This document shows positions 63,311 through 64,000 of a stretch of 64,000 nt of DNA, piece after piece. The notes beneath the pieces were generated by a model. The model had not been told where the DNA came from and made no database searches. It saw only the letters and a list, made by a program, of their open reading frames with translations. Numbering within the stretch: the first letter of the stretch is position 1; the number at the start of each line of letters is the position of its first letter. Both the position numbers and the translations under genes were made by a program. The DNA comes from Camelus ferus (taxonomy: Eukaryota), in assembly GCF_009834535.1 (NCBI RefSeq), contig NC_045696.1, positions 52,206,001 to 52,270,000 on the forward strand. Direction: 5' to 3'.

Positions 63311-64000
63311 TTAGCATTAGATAATGCCTCCTGTTCTCCAAGGCAGTGCTTTTCATTTGTTTGTTTGCTTGTTTGTTTTGTTTACCACACTATAGGATTT
63401 CTCTCAACATACTAGGAAAAACATGTTTCTAAAATTTTCATTCACATACTTTCATGATAAGTTGATAGGATTAGAACTATTGTATATAAGCCCTAGAACA
63501 TCTTCATATTCATGGGTATATTCTGAACCTGTTATAAGAACATGCTTTTTTAAAACTAAAGAATTATTCACATTCATTCGACATTTAAAAAGTAAAGCAG
63601 CAAGTGGGCAGGGAATGGGGTAGAATGTGCTAGTTAAAAATCACTATACAAAAATGGTTTCAGAAAGCCACTCTAAAAAGAAATCTGAATCCATTCAGAC
63701 TGATAGGAAGTTTACAGCAGTTTTTGTTTTGTTCTGTACAAAAGTTATTTAAGAGAGGAAACACGTGTATGCACGCACATACAAACACACACACACAAAC
63801 ATATTCAGTTGATCACTTCATCCACTTTAATTAGTCATGATGCTGTTCGCGGCATACCTTGGGAATTCTTTGTTGGGAAGGCTTCTTATCAAAACAAATG
63901 AAATCTGTCCACCAACTATGAAAATCTGCTCACAACTCCAAACCCAAGGCTTAAAAGGAAAAAGGTATGAAGAAAACCTGGCAGTGAATGTATTAGAAAT

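Noticed and set aside
1..64000. Naming the host gene or species
   Set aside because: No candidate exon peptide was recognised; the camelid assignment is a memory-based guess that needs a BLAST or Dfam search.

Overview
This is AT-rich, gene-poor mammalian (eutherian) DNA, probably intronic. A camelid/cetartiodactyl origin is my recollection-level guess from the L1 ends and the lack of obvious young tRNA-SINEs or Alu; it is not verified. LINE-1 copies of several ages dominate. One is a young full-length 7.1 kb L1 (9025-16142) with perfect 16-bp target-site duplications (TSDs), a CpG-rich 5'UTR carrying a (CGGGGG)7 tract and a long antisense ORF, and ORF1/ORF2 broken by four lesions. The others are a structurally complex L1 (sense 5' end, inverted segment, sense 3' part) inside a MER5-like element, an internally deleted L1, two 5'-truncated L1s and several short 3' fragments. 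Ancient MIR, L2, L3/CR1, HAL1-like and MER5 relics and microsatellites fill much of the rest. No host protein-coding gene was recognised, but several small minus-strand exon candidates and repeat-free enhancer-like blocks suggest a host transcript on the minus strand. There is no CRISPR array, rRNA or tRNA. I found no convincing wholly new biological system; the best leads are the L1 antisense ORF with its G-rich repeat and the complex L1 architecture. All alignments were done by eye.
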